DNA of 64,000 nucleotides from Thermoplasmatales archaeon (GCA_027310185.1 DAIDBH010000006.1:96001-160000); one strand, 5' to 3'; positions 39,108-49,641 are shown, numbered from the stretch's first letter. Notes: a model not told the origin generated them from the letters alone. A program made the numbers and translations.

Positions 39108-39727
39108 ATCTGTGACTCGAAGTCATCTATAGTGTATTTGAATTCGTCGTATGATTTTATATCTCCTCTGTTTTTGAGAATCTCCCTGGAAAGTAGCCAG
39201 TACACAAGAGCAAGTGACCTCCTACCCTTGTTGTTACTTGGAATGACCAGATCTACAAAATCTGTTTTATTATTTGCATCACATAGGGATATTATGGGGA
39301 CTCCCACATCCTTTGCCTCCTTCATGACCTGGGTATCTGCTAGTGGGTCTGTGACTATGATTGCCTTGGTCTCCGTGTATGTAGGAAGCTGGTAATTTGT
39401 TAGTGTGCCTGGAATAAACCGTCCGACTATAGCCTTTGATCCTATAACCTCGGAAAATTTGGTAACTGGCCTGAATGCATACTGTCTCTGAGCCACAACA
39501 AGAATCTGTGTGGGATCAATTCTGGCAAGCATTTTTCCGGCTATTTTAAGCATTTTATCTGTAATTTTTAGATCAAGGAGGTATAATCCATCATTCCTAA
39601 TTTTGAATATGTATTTCACCATATCCTGTGTTTTAACCTGGGTACCAATATGTACGCCTGATTTCTGATATTCCTCCTCTGATATTAGCAACTCTTCTTC
39701 CATTCCAATCATCTCTTTAGGTGTCAA
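39104..39727 (-). CDS. rps2: 30S ribosomal protein uS2
   Basis: GVHIGTQ, R.DGLY, GRFIPGTLTN, DP..D.Q, DLVIPSNNKG. The start may be ATG 39712 or 39703. Confidence 0.97.
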   Translation of the reverse strand: MTPKEMIGMEEELLISEEEYQKSGVHIGTQVKTQDMVKYIFKIRNDGLYLLDLKITDKMLKIAGKMLARIDPTQILVVAQRQYAFRPVTKFSEVIGSKAIVGRFIPGTLTNYQLPTYTETKAIIVTDPLADTQVMKEAKDVGVPIISLCDANNKTDFVDLVIPSNNKGRRSLALVYWLLSREILKNRGDIKSYDEFKYTIDDFESQI

Positions 39728-39883
39728 GATTTGGGTTTATCTCTTTAACCTATATATGGGTTTACGTATAATTGCAGAAGATTATTAGATTTCTGACATG
39801 ATCCATTTAGTTAATTGTGTGAAAGTAAAATATCTACAATTACAGGTCAAAATGATATAACCATGTGGCTCCTTGCAGATATC

Positions 39884-40813
39884 TTATTCCCACTCTATGG
39901 TAGCGGGAGGTTTATCAGTTATATCAAGAACAATTCTATTTACTGATGGTACTTCGTTAGTAATTTTTGTGGATAGTTCCTCGAGAAATTCCCAGTCGAA
40001 TTTATGAAATGTCCCAGTCATTGCGTCGGTTGAATCAATAGCCCTGATCGCTATAGTATTACCATAAGATCTTTTGTCTCCGTGTACACCTGTAGTCCTG
40101 ATTGGCAATATAACAGCAAAATACTGCCATGGTCTTTTTTCAGGTTTCAGTGAACTTTCAATTTCTTCTTCAACGATCCTGGTTACCTTTTTCAATATGT
40201 CTACCTTTTCCTTCGTTATTTCCCCGATTACCCTGACTGCCAGGCCCGGTCCCGGAAATGGCTGTAGACTGGTGTTTAAACCAAGCTCCTTACTTAATTC
40301 CCTAACATCATCCTTGTAGAGATCCCTCATGGGCTCTATAAGCTTCAGATTCATTTTTTCTGGAAGTCCGCCTACGTTATGATGGCTTTTAATGGTATCC
40401 CTATTTTTGCCCCCGCTTTCTATCCAGTCTGGAGCAATCGTTCCCTGCAACAGATATTCAGCTTTAGAAAGTTGAGCCTCCCGCTCAAATACTTCTATGA
40501 AGGTCTGACCTATTACTTTCCTTTTAGTTTCCGGGTCAGATATACCCTTTAATTTGTTAAGGAAGAGTTCAGACTCATCCAGAATCTTGAAATTTATCCC
40601 AAATTCCTTAAAGAATGCTTTTACTCTTTCCCTTTCTCCCTCTCGGATAAGACCTGTATCAACAAAAATTGATAAAATTTTATCACCGGCAGCCATTTTT
40701 GAGGCCACAGCCAGAACCGAACTGTCGGTTCCTCCAGAACACGCAAGAATGCCAGTGCCTTTCAGGTCTTTTCTAATCTTTTCAACAATCTCATTTAATA
40801 ATTTAGAGGTCAT
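39884..40813 (-). CDS. guaAB: GMP synthase subunit B (ATP pyrophosphatase)
   Basis: [54 protein letters not shown]. Confidence 0.96.
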   Translation of the reverse strand: MTSKLLNEIVEKIRKDLKGTGILACSGGTDSSVLAVASKMAAGDKILSIFVDTGLIREGERERVKAFFKEFGINFKILDESELFLNKLKGISDPETKRKVIGQTFIEVFEREAQLSKAEYLLQGTIAPDWIESGGKNRDTIKSHHNVGGLPEKMNLKLIEPMRDLYKDDVRELSKELGLNTSLQPFPGPGLAVRVIGEITKEKVDILKKVTRIVEEEIESSLKPEKRPWQYFAVILPIRTTGVHGDKRSYGNTIAIRAIDSTDAMTGTFHKFDWEFLEELSTKITNEVPSVNRIVLDITDKPPATIEWE

Positions 40814-40817
40814 GAAA

Positions 40818-41147
40818 TCAGGTTTTCATGATAGCGGCGAGGAATATAAGTAATCCTATAACTACACCGATTATTGCTGCAACAAGATAAAATACTGCAC
40901 CCAGGATTATATCATCAACTAGGCTTACATGGAACGTGAAGTCAGACAGGTAATAAGTTAAAAAGCCTATTACAACAGCTCCAACAATCATTCCACTTCC
41001 TGCTGCCCTTGCCTTTCCCTTTCCAAAATAGGCGGTAAGAATTCCAAATATTAAGAGTGCTAATGCTATTATCCCTATTATTGTAAGGAAAAAAATGTCA
41101 AGATTCCAACTGGGATACCACGGTAAAGTTTTTGCCACTGCAGACAT
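40818..41147 (-). CDS. Small membrane protein (3 TM)
   Basis: Three hydrophobic segments with a TAYFG.GK loop; operonic between the Lrp-domain gene and guaAB. Confidence 0.8.
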   Translation of the reverse strand: MSAVAKTLPWYPSWNLDIFFLTIIGIIALALLIFGILTAYFGKGKARAAGSGMIVGAVVIGFLTYYLSDFTFHVSLVDDIILGAVFYLVAAIIGVVIGLLIFLAAIMKT

Positions 41148-41152
41148 CTAAA

Positions 41153-41386
41153 TCACAACTTAAGTCCTGTAAGGGTTTTTGTATCTATAACCCCTTCGAT
41201 CTTTCTTATCTGCTCCACGACAATCTTCCCTAATTCACTGTAATCAAGCGCGTCAATTTTGACGATCAGATCATATTCCCCGAAAAGCGGATGTACTTCT
41301 ACAACATAATTAATCTTAGATATTTTGTTGTAAACCTCATGCTCTTTTCCGGGTACCGTACTCACAAGTACAAATGCTACCGACAT
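41153..41386 (-). CDS. Stand-alone Lrp/AsnC ligand-binding (RAM) domain protein
   Basis: AFVLV...PG.E..V, V.EVH.LFGEYDLIVK, IRKIEGV.DTKT. Confidence 0.92.
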   Translation of the reverse strand: MSVAFVLVSTVPGKEHEVYNKISKINYVVEVHPLFGEYDLIVKIDALDYSELGKIVVEQIRKIEGVIDTKTLTGLKL

Positions 41387-41563
41387 AGATTCACTATTAC
41401 CATAATTTTTCTTAACTTATAAAATTTTTTAGTTTTAAAAGCTCTTTATATTAAGGTTTGTCAAATGCTAGTTATAAATTTTTCAATTCTTTAGGGAGAT
41501 GAATAGTTTTTTACTCTCTTTTCTCGAGATAAATAATTTATCTTACCTGGATATCACTTAGAT

Positions 41564-41998
41564 GTGTCGTATAAGGATGAGTATATTTCTGGGATTGTGA
41601 GGAATGTCAAGGAAAGAAATTTTCCAGAAGACTACCTACAGGATTTGAATGATTTTATTGAAGTTAAAATAATACCAGGCACAGAGCTTTTCATGTACAG
41701 GAAAGATGAATTAACTAACCTGGTCATTGATGGACAGAGTTTACCATTCGATGATCCTTACATAGCGAAATATTACTATTTCTGCTCATTGCAAAGAAAG
41801 GAAAATGCTAAAGTTCCTGATAAACAGGCAGTGAGGAGGATGATAAAGAAATTTGAAAGGGATCTTGATGAAGATAGGAATTTAGCTTATTCAATTCTGA
41901 ATGGTCTCACTGATGACGAGAAAAAAAGCATAATGATCGAACTGGGTAATTTATCTCCATATTTCTTTCTCCTTTTCTATGATACAATTATGAATTGA
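41564..41998 (+). CDS. Hypothetical protein
   Basis: 144-aa ORF filling the gap with genome-like codon usage; GTG start; no motif recognised. Confidence 0.75.
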   Translation: MSYKDEYISGIVRNVKERNFPEDYLQDLNDFIEVKIIPGTELFMYRKDELTNLVIDGQSLPFDDPYIAKYYYFCSLQRKENAKVPDKQAVRRMIKKFERDLDEDRNLAYSILNGLTDDEKKSIMIELGNLSPYFFLLFYDTIMN

Positions 41999-42006
41999 AA
42001 TGCAGA

Positions 42007-43284
42007 TTACAGTTCATTGAGTTCATTATTACTTATTTTCCTTTGTTCTCCACTAATGAGGTTTTTGACCGTTAATGATCCTTCCATTAATTCTTTCTCC
42101 CCTATCATTATTGCATGAGTGAAGTTCATAGCTGAGGCATGCTTGAGTGAGTTGGAGATATTCCTGTCTGAATTCTCCATCACTGCAGTCTTCCCGTTCC
42201 TTCTCAAACTGTAAAGTACATTTGCTGCCTGCTCTTTTCCTCCCCTTCCAATACCGATTACAAAATATGAAGAATCAATGTTATGGACTTTCCACAAATT
42301 CTTCTCTTTTAGCAGATTTTCAAGAACGGCATCACCCATTCCAAATCCTACCGCTGGAATTTCCTGCCCATCAAATAACTGCGAGAGATTATCATATCGT
42401 CCACCTCCAAAAATCGATCTGAATTTTCCATCAAAGTCAAATCCTTCAAACACAATTCCCGTATAATATGATAAACCCCTCACTGTAGATGGATCGTATA
42501 CTATATTTTCATAACCATTCCTGGATAAGAACTCCACTGTCGAAATCATCCTCAGGAAATCAATATCTTCAGATAATTCAAGGCCAAGCTCCCTCATTGA
42601 GTCACGAATATTCTTCATGGGATATGATTTTGAAAGGAATATGAGTAATCTGTTGAGATTATCCCCTGTTATCCCATCGTTATGAAGTTTATTTCCTATT
42701 ACTTCTATTGACTCTTTCCTGAAATGATCGATTGTGGATATTGAAGATTGAATATTTTCACTACCCAGTCCTGATAGTATTTTTTCCATCAGTTTTCTGT
42801 GGTTGACTCTCACAACATACATACCTTTCAGTCCTAGCCTGTTCAGAATCTCACAAGCAAGGGCAATCAATTCTGCATCTATTTCCATTCCAGTTTCGCC
42901 GAAGTAATCTGCATTAAACTGGTAGTGCTCCCTGTTTCTTCCAGACTGCGGCTCTTCGTATCTCCATAATTTTGGTATATTGTACCATTTCACGGGCTTC
43001 ACAAGACCCTTTCTTGACACAAGCATTCTCATTGTGGACGGTGTTGCCTCCGGTATCAGAGTGATTTCCCTGTTGGACTTGTCCCTGAAGTTATAAGTCT
43101 GGCCCACCAGTTCGTCCCCAGATTTTATCCTGTAAATTTCCAGCATCTCCAGGGAAGGATAATCAATAGGCAGGAATCCAAAATTTTGAGCAGTCTTCCG
43201 CATAATTGAGAATATCTCCTCCCTTTTTTGCATATCTTCTGGATAATAATCCTTGAATCCCCTCAGTCTTTCGATCTTTGACAT
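42007..43284 (-). CDS. hisS: Histidine--tRNA ligase
   Basis: RGFKDYYP, LIPEATP, WRYEEPQSGR.REHYQ, VRGLSYYTG.VFE, GGGRYD.L, AVGFG.G. Confidence 0.97.
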   Translation of the reverse strand: MSKIERLRGFKDYYPEDMQKREEIFSIMRKTAQNFGFLPIDYPSLEMLEIYRIKSGDELVGQTYNFRDKSNREITLIPEATPSTMRMLVSRKGLVKPVKWYNIPKLWRYEEPQSGRNREHYQFNADYFGETGMEIDAELIALACEILNRLGLKGMYVVRVNHRKLMEKILSGLGSENIQSSISTIDHFRKESIEVIGNKLHNDGITGDNLNRLLIFLSKSYPMKNIRDSMRELGLELSEDIDFLRMISTVEFLSRNGYENIVYDPSTVRGLSYYTGIVFEGFDFDGKFRSIFGGGRYDNLSQLFDGQEIPAVGFGMGDAVLENLLKEKNLWKVHNIDSSYFVIGIGRGGKEQAANVLYSLRRNGKTAVMENSDRNISNSLKHASAMNFTHAIMIGEKELMEGSLTVKNLISGEQRKISNNELNEL

Positions 43285-43359
43285 TCGTATCAGATAACAA
43301 AAGATGGTTTATAATAATTAGACATAAATACTGCTTTTAAATGTTTAGTTCGATGCGAT

Positions 43360-43794
43360 TTGATCAGTTTAGAGGATGAAATAAAAAAGAATGGACTGAA
43401 GGTTACACCACAAAGATCAAAAATATTACAGTATATTAGGGAAAATCCAGGTAAACATTTCAGTGCCGAAGACATTCATAAATATGTTACGATTGAAAAT
43501 CCAAACATACCGCCTGCAACTGTATATAATATATTAAAGATGTTTGTGGAAAAGGGCTTGATTAACAGTTTTGAGACGAATGGCAAGGCTATTTATGAGG
43601 GAAAAGTTGAACCACACATCAATTTTATCTGTGAAAGATGCAAAAACATTTATGATTATGAAGTTGAAAGTGATTTTAGTGAAATTGAAAAGAATGTTGA
43701 TGGAAAGATAATTTCAACAAGTGTGACGGTCAGAGGTATCTGCAGAAACTGCCTTAAAGAAATAGAAGCTTCTGAAAATACCTTAGTGCATTAA
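43360..43794 (+). CDS. Fur/PerR-family transcriptional regulator
   Basis: GLKVTPQR..I, H.SAEDI, ATVYN.L, H.NF.C..C, G.C..C. Confidence 0.93.
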   Translation: MISLEDEIKKNGLKVTPQRSKILQYIRENPGKHFSAEDIHKYVTIENPNIPPATVYNILKMFVEKGLINSFETNGKAIYEGKVEPHINFICERCKNIYDYEVESDFSEIEKNVDGKIISTSVTVRGICRNCLKEIEASENTLVH

Positions 43795-44788
43795 GATTTT
43801 CCAGAGGGTCATGAACTCTCAGAATTTCTATGCCCTTCCCCGCAAGGAAAATAGATACTGCTATTGTTTCTGGTAATCTTTCTTCTGAACTGCTTTTTGA
43901 ATAGAGACTAAGGAATGCTTTTCTTGAATGACCGAAAAGACGCCTGAAACCGAAGTTGAAAGAATCCGGATTCCTTATGATTTCAAGATTCTGTTCACGG
44001 ATCTTGGAAAAGCCGATCCCTGGATCTATGATTATCTTTCCGGGTTCTATTCCCAATTGGCAAAGTACTCTTAATTTCTCGAAGTAAAATTTTGTCATCT
44101 CCCCCCTGAGATCATTATAAGTGGCCATCCTGTTCATGTTTGATGGATCTCCCTTGATGTGCATTAAAACGTAAAATTTGTCTTCAGATTTAGCAAGCTC
44201 TGGGAGCCTTTCATCTTTCATTCCGGAAATGTCATTTATTACATCTATTCTATCTATGAAAGCATGGATAGTTTCATAATGTCGTGAATCCAATGAAATT
44301 CTTTGATTACCTGTATCGTTAACCATTTCAAAGGCACTCTTCAGTCTATCAATCTCTTCATGTGCGGAAACCTCTATAGATCCTGGCCTGGTGCTTTCAG
44401 CTCCTATATCAAGGAATTGACAACCTGAACTTCTGGCACGATCTATCTGGCGGATATCCTTTACTCTTGAGCCAGCAAAGAACGAATCTGGAGTAAAGTT
44501 AAGAATGGCCATAATATCAGGGATCGAGTTCACATGACTCCTGAACATACCTTCAGTCATAAAATGGCTCATTTTTGCCAGGCCAGCTTGATTGAGAATT
44601 TCATCTGCTTTTGATCTGCTCATAAACTGTTCAAACTTGAAAAATATATTTTCTCCCATCTTTATTTTAGTGAAAGCTCTTCCTTCAGGAACTTTGTGGG
44701 AATAACATGTAAAGCTGATTTCAGTTTCACTGACAGTGGTTTTCCCGTTCTTATAGAAGAAATCGATCTCTGGATTATCCATCATCAT
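43754..44788 (-). CDS. folP: Dihydropteroate synthase with N-terminal extension
   Basis: MAILNFTPDSF, DIGAESTRPG, INDISG, LMH, DPGIGF.K, GHSRK, ILRVHD. Confidence 0.94.
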   Translation of the reverse strand: MMMDNPEIDFFYKNGKTTVSETEISFTCYSHKVPEGRAFTKIKMGENIFFKFEQFMSRSKADEILNQAGLAKMSHFMTEGMFRSHVNSIPDIMAILNFTPDSFFAGSRVKDIRQIDRARSSGCQFLDIGAESTRPGSIEVSAHEEIDRLKSAFEMVNDTGNQRISLDSRHYETIHAFIDRIDVINDISGMKDERLPELAKSEDKFYVLMHIKGDPSNMNRMATYNDLRGEMTKFYFEKLRVLCQLGIEPGKIIIDPGIGFSKIREQNLEIIRNPDSFNFGFRRLFGHSRKAFLSLYSKSSSEERLPETIAVSIFLAGKGIEILRVHDPLENLNALRYFQKLLFL

Positions 44789-45110
44789 AAGTATACAATT
44801 CTCTACCTTAAATCTTCAGATAAGTCAGGTGGCCTTGATAAGTGACATGGCATCTGCGGAGTGGAGTCAATTCAGGCCATGATGATTCTATCAGAAACCT
44901 TAATGATATGGGCTCCCTGAAAAATCTGGAAGAGAAGAGTCGTTTCCATTGTACTACCACCATAAATAGTACCATGATGATGAATATTGATAGGGAAAGT
45001 CGTGTGATTAATGCTGAACTTCTATTTGGAAGAAAATAACGGGTATCTGTAACCATAAGGTTATTAGTAGATTTAGTATATCTTATATCTACATTCAATG
45101 GAGCGATTAC

Positions 45111-45536
45111 ATGGTTGATAATATTATTAATAATAAGGAAAAGAAGAAGCGAAATTTCACCAATATTAGTGAACTTTCAAATGCCATTAGCAAGGGATTA
45201 AGCCTTCAGAACAGGAGGATGAGTTTTGAAGAATCTTTTTCAGCTGCAGAACATTTGATTAATTTTTTTGGTTATAGCGATAGGGTTATTGATAACATGC
45301 TTGAACCAGAAGACAGGGATGCGTTTTACACGATGGAAGATATAGGAGTCCTTCAAACGGAAAGGGAAGAAACTACGCTGTTTGATGGTAGGGAATGGAG
45401 AATTCACTACTGGATCCTTAATGTGGGTAAAATAATAGAGCTCGCAAACATGAAAATAGATTTGAATAATATGGATAATGGTGAACAATTTTCTGTTTAC
45501 GAGGAAATACCTGACGAATACTGGACTGTAAATTAA
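45111..45536 (+). CDS. Conserved Thermoplasmata protein (DUF6015-like)
   Basis: NFFGY...IDN.LEPEDRD.FY..ED.G.L.TEREETTL.DGREWRIHYW; family assignment is from recall. Confidence 0.75.
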   Translation: MVDNIINNKEKKKRNFTNISELSNAISKGLSLQNRRMSFEESFSAAEHLINFFGYSDRVIDNMLEPEDRDAFYTMEDIGVLQTEREETTLFDGREWRIHYWILNVGKIIELANMKIDLNNMDNGEQFSVYEEIPDEYWTVN

Positions 45537-45548
45537 TAGTGGTTTTTA

Positions 45549-47318
45549 ATGCATATAGCAGTTTTAGACGAGTCTAAATGCCATTCTAAAAAATGCAATC
45601 ATGAGTGCCAGTCATATTGTCCTCCTGTCAGGTCTGGAATAGGTACAATTACATTTCCTGAGGAAACTGTTTATCCGCTCATAACTGAAGATCTGTGTAT
45701 CGGCTGCGGCATCTGTGTTAATAGATGTCCATTTGGAGCAATAAAGATAATTACAGTCCCGGATGAACTGAACAAGGATATAGTGCATCAGTATGGAGAG
45801 AATTCATTCAGAATTTATTCAATTCCAGTTCCCTCAAAAGGGATCACTGCAATTCTTGGACCAAATGGAATGGGAAAGACCACCACCATGAATATACTTA
45901 GTGGGGTGATTATACCAAATTTTGGTGATTATAATAATGGCGGAACACAGGAAAAAGTACTCAAGAAGTACTCAAACAGTATTCTTGGTGATTATTTCCA
46001 GAACGTATATGATAAAACAAAGAAAGTGGTCCTGAAAAGTCAGTTTGTCGATCAGATTCCAAAGGTGGTAAAGGGAACCATAGGAAGCATTCTGAAAAAA
46101 GCTGATGAATTTGGAATGGCTGATGATATCATAGCCGAGCTTTCTCTTGAAAATTCTGTAAATAAAGATGTGGCGAGTGCCTCTGGAGGGGAATTGCAGA
46201 AGCTTGCAGTTGGAATGGCACTGATAAAAGATGGAGATATACTTCTCGTTGACGAGGTTTCATCGTATCTTGATATTTCTGAAAGAATACGGGTGGCCTC
46301 AATACTGACAAGACTTGCTGAAAAGGGGAAAACAATTTTTGTTGTTGAACACGATCTTGCTATTCTTGACTGGATAAGTGATCAGATACATCTCGTTTAT
46401 GGTTCACCGGGTGCGTATGGGGTCATAGTACAGCAGAAATCACCGAACAAGGCAATTAACCAGTTTCTCGATGGTTACATGAAGGAGGAAAACGTCAGGA
46501 TAAGAAAGGAAAAAATCGTTTTTGAGACAAGGGCATCAAACAGAAAGATCGTTTCACCAGAACTTGTGCACTGGAGTGAGATAGACGCTGACCTTGGTAA
46601 TTTCAAGCTGAAAGTTATGCCGGGAAAAATGGAAATTGGAACTGTAACTGGGATTCTTGGGAGAAATGCTCTCGGGAAATCAACATTTGTCAAGATACTC
46701 GCAGGGGTAATGACTCCCAATTCGGGCTCTTACGAACCGAAACTGAGAGTTGCATACAAGCCACAGTATATTTCAACTGATTTTGAGGGGACATGTGAGG
46801 ACCTGCTCTTCAGGACCCTGAAGGAAAGGATGAGCGATAATTTCGTCAAGAATGAACTCTTCAGGCCCCTTGGTATAGACCCTCTCATGGAAAGTGAAGT
46901 CAGCAGCCTGTCTGGAGGGGAGCTGCAGAAATTATCTATTGCAATGACACTTGCACAGGATGCCGATCTGTATCTACTGGACGAACCATCTGCAAATCTT
47001 GATAGCTCAACCAGGATGGAGGTTGCCAAGATTATTAAGAAAACAATGGAAAACAGGAAGAAGACGGGAATGGTCGTTGACCATGACATTTATTTCATTG
47101 ACATAATTTCTGACGAGTTGATGATCTTCCTTGGAGAGTCAGGGATACAGGGAATTGCAAGGGGACCAATGCCAATGAGGGAAGGCATGAATACATTCCT
47201 GAAGGAAGTGGATATAACATTTAGGAGAGACCACAATTCTGGCAGACCAAGAATAAATAAGCCTGGAAGTAGCATGCACAGGGAGCAGGTTTCTTCAGGA
47301 GAGTATTATTACTCCTGA
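45549..47318 (+). CDS. rli: Ribosome recycling factor ABCE1 (RLI)
   Basis: N-terminal Fe-S domain (C...C..EC...CP; C..C..C...CP), two ABC domains with SGGELQ, RPRINK. Confidence 0.97.
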   Translation: MHIAVLDESKCHSKKCNHECQSYCPPVRSGIGTITFPEETVYPLITEDLCIGCGICVNRCPFGAIKIITVPDELNKDIVHQYGENSFRIYSIPVPSKGITAILGPNGMGKTTTMNILSGVIIPNFGDYNNGGTQEKVLKKYSNSILGDYFQNVYDKTKKVVLKSQFVDQIPKVVKGTIGSILKKADEFGMADDIIAELSLENSVNKDVASASGGELQKLAVGMALIKDGDILLVDEVSSYLDISERIRVASILTRLAEKGKTIFVVEHDLAILDWISDQIHLVYGSPGAYGVIVQQKSPNKAINQFLDGYMKEENVRIRKEKIVFETRASNRKIVSPELVHWSEIDADLGNFKLKVMPGKMEIGTVTGILGRNALGKSTFVKILAGVMTPNSGSYEPKLRVAYKPQYISTDFEGTCEDLLFRTLKERMSDNFVKNELFRPLGIDPLMESEVSSLSGGELQKLSIAMTLAQDADLYLLDEPSANLDSSTRMEVAKIIKKTMENRKKTGMVVDHDIYFIDIISDELMIFLGESGIQGIARGPMPMREGMNTFLKEVDITFRRDHNSGRPRINKPGSSMHREQVSSGEYYYS

Positions 47319-47332
47319 TGGATGGCAGTTAA

Positions 47333-49201
47333 ATGTCAGGACAGAGCTTAACAATGCAGATCCTCCACAGGGAAGGCCTGGCGAGGATAGGTAGATTCAG
47401 CACAGACCATGGATATGTTGATACTCCAAACATAATGCCTGTGATCAATCCCAATCTGCGTACCTTACCAATGGAAACCATGAAGAGATTTGGAACACAG
47501 GCCATAATAACAAACAGTTACATTATCAGGAGAAACCCTGATTTAAAGGCTGAGGCTTTGAGGAAGGGCCTTCATAGTCTTATTGGTTTTGATGGTACCA
47601 TAATGACTGACTCAGGTACATTCCAAAGTTATGTTTATGGTGGAGTTGAATATGAAAACAGGGATACTGTAGAATTTCAGATCGATATAAAGAGTGATAT
47701 CTCCACAATCCTGGATATTTTTTCTACTCCAGCTGATTCGCACGAAAAGGCCAAAATGGCAGTTAATGAAACTCATAAAAGGTTCATGGAGATCACGGAT
47801 ATTGCAAAAAGCCATAACATTTCTGGACCTATCCAGGGGTCCATTTACAGAGACTTAAGGCGTAGGAGTGCAAGACTCATGTCTGCAACTGATGCCAGTT
47901 ATCTTCCCATAGGTGGCGTTGTGCCGTTGCTTGAACAGTACAAATACAGTGAACTTGTAGATATTATACTTGAATCGAAACTGGCAGGTGATTTTTCCAA
48001 GCCTGTTCACCTATTTGGTGGTGGCCATCCCATGTTCATGGGAATGGCGGTTCTCCTGGGAGTAGATATGTTTGATTCGGCATCCTACGTGAAATATGCA
48101 AGGGATGACAGGTTGCTTTACACGGAGGGCACAAGGTATCTGGCAGATGTTACAGAACTTCCATACTGGAGTCCACTAAATGACAGATATACGATCAAGG
48201 AGATCAAAACTCTTGATGAAAAAGAGCGGTTTCCGGCCCTTGCTGAGCATAATTTATTTGCAATTTTCCAGGAACTGGCTGAGATAAGGGAAAGAATCAG
48301 GGAAAACACCCTCTGGCAGTACGTTGAATCAAAATCCAGATCACACCCCTCGCTTTACTCTGCCTTTCAGAGGATATTAAGACATTCAAAAAGAATAGAA
48401 CCTTATTTTGAACTGTACCGGAAGAGTCCACTGTTCCATTTTGGAGCAGAAACAAACAGGTCGCCCTATGGGATTAGATTGAGGAAGCTGGAGCCGAATG
48501 GTACGTATAATACATTATCATCAAGAGAATGGAAGCCGGCAAGATTGAGTCAGGATTTTGTGAAAAATGTTTACGAAAAATCCAGGGAGAATTTCTGCAT
48601 AAACTGGTTTGGTCTTAAAATCCCCGTTGAGATGGAAGAGATATATCCTGTTGAGCAGGTGATTTCAGGCAATGAAAAAGAAACACGCGGAACATCCTAC
48701 AGAAGGGATAATGGGTTTGAAAAGATAAGGGATTTCAATCTTGAAAAGCTTAGGAGAATTGCTGATTTCCAGTTTGGAAATGGTATTGGTGAAAAGATAT
48801 TCCCGGATGACTGCGAAATTACTGTTTCAAGAACAACGGGAAGGATCAGAACCATTTCGAGGAATGGCAATATGCTTGCAACAATGAGAGCCCATGATGG
48901 ATTTGTGGGACTCACGTTTGAAGGTGGTCTCAGGTTACATGAAATCTCTACAGGGATGAAAAATAAGGTAATGGTCACAGGAGAAAGCGCCATATATAAT
49001 TCTCAGGGAAAGAGTGTTTTCTTTAAATTCATAGAACAGAATGACAGTGAAATAATTCCTCTTAATGATGTTCTTGTCGTGGACCCTGATGATAGGCTCG
49101 TTGCAGTAGGGAGGGCACTGGTATCGGGAAGAGAGATGGGTATGTACAGGGAAGGAGTTGCAGTTTCCATCAATCATCACAAAAAGGAAGCAAAGTCTTG
49201 A
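47333..49201 (+). CDS. tgtA: Archaeal tRNA-guanine(15) transglycosylase
   Basis: ARIG, TP.IMPVINP, ITNSYI, MTDSG.FQ, IGGVVPL, HLFG.GHP, D.FDSASY; C-terminal PUA domain. Confidence 0.95.
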   Translation: MSGQSLTMQILHREGLARIGRFSTDHGYVDTPNIMPVINPNLRTLPMETMKRFGTQAIITNSYIIRRNPDLKAEALRKGLHSLIGFDGTIMTDSGTFQSYVYGGVEYENRDTVEFQIDIKSDISTILDIFSTPADSHEKAKMAVNETHKRFMEITDIAKSHNISGPIQGSIYRDLRRRSARLMSATDASYLPIGGVVPLLEQYKYSELVDIILESKLAGDFSKPVHLFGGGHPMFMGMAVLLGVDMFDSASYVKYARDDRLLYTEGTRYLADVTELPYWSPLNDRYTIKEIKTLDEKERFPALAEHNLFAIFQELAEIRERIRENTLWQYVESKSRSHPSLYSAFQRILRHSKRIEPYFELYRKSPLFHFGAETNRSPYGIRLRKLEPNGTYNTLSSREWKPARLSQDFVKNVYEKSRENFCINWFGLKIPVEMEEIYPVEQVISGNEKETRGTSYRRDNGFEKIRDFNLEKLRRIADFQFGNGIGEKIFPDDCEITVSRTTGRIRTISRNGNMLATMRAHDGFVGLTFEGGLRLHEISTGMKNKVMVTGESAIYNSQGKSVFFKFIEQNDSEIIPLNDVLVVDPDDRLVAVGRALVSGREMGMYREGVAVSINHHKKEAKS

Positions 49202-49221
49202 AAAGGTTATGCAGGCAGTAA

Positions 49222-49584
49222 TTAATAAGTCAAACTGTTATCTCTGTATTTTTCAATGAACTCCTTGAGTACGACAGCACTGTTATGCTTTTCATTACTG
49301 GTACTGTACAGGAAAATAACATCCCCTTTCTTGCAAATTACTGAAAGTTTCTGAACATCGCTGTTATGCCTCAGCTCTTCCATATATTTCTCCCTGAACT
49401 CGTCGTATTTTTGATCCTCGTGGTTGAACCATTTTCTCAATTCCGTTGAAGGCGCAATATCTTTCGCCCACCAGTATAATTTCAGGGATTCCTTCGTCAC
49501 ACCTCTTGGCCACAGTCTTTCAACCAGAATTCTGGTTCCACTGTCTCCATCCTCAATATTATAGACCCTTTTTAGCGTTATCAG
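49222..49584 (-). CDS. DUF488/YeaO family protein (probable CTG start)
   Basis: The frame extends upstream of the track's GTG to (M)ITLKRVYNIEDGDSGTRILVERLWPRGV, the canonical YeaO N-terminus; also APSTELRKWF.H and HNSAVVLK. Confidence 0.88.
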   Translation of the reverse strand: MITLKRVYNIEDGDSGTRILVERLWPRGVTKESLKLYWWAKDIAPSTELRKWFNHEDQKYDEFREKYMEELRHNSDVQKLSVICKKGDVIFLYSTSNEKHNSAVVLKEFIEKYRDNSLTY

Positions 49585-49641
49585 GATACATTCACCCGGT
49601 ACCTTAGTGTGAATGAAATTTATAAATTTTCCTTCCCCCTA

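Noticed and set aside
43754-43794. Convergent 3' overlaps (fur/folP 41 nt; also nitrilase/hydrolase, truD/tbp, endA/rps2)
   Set aside because: Common in compact archaeal genomes.
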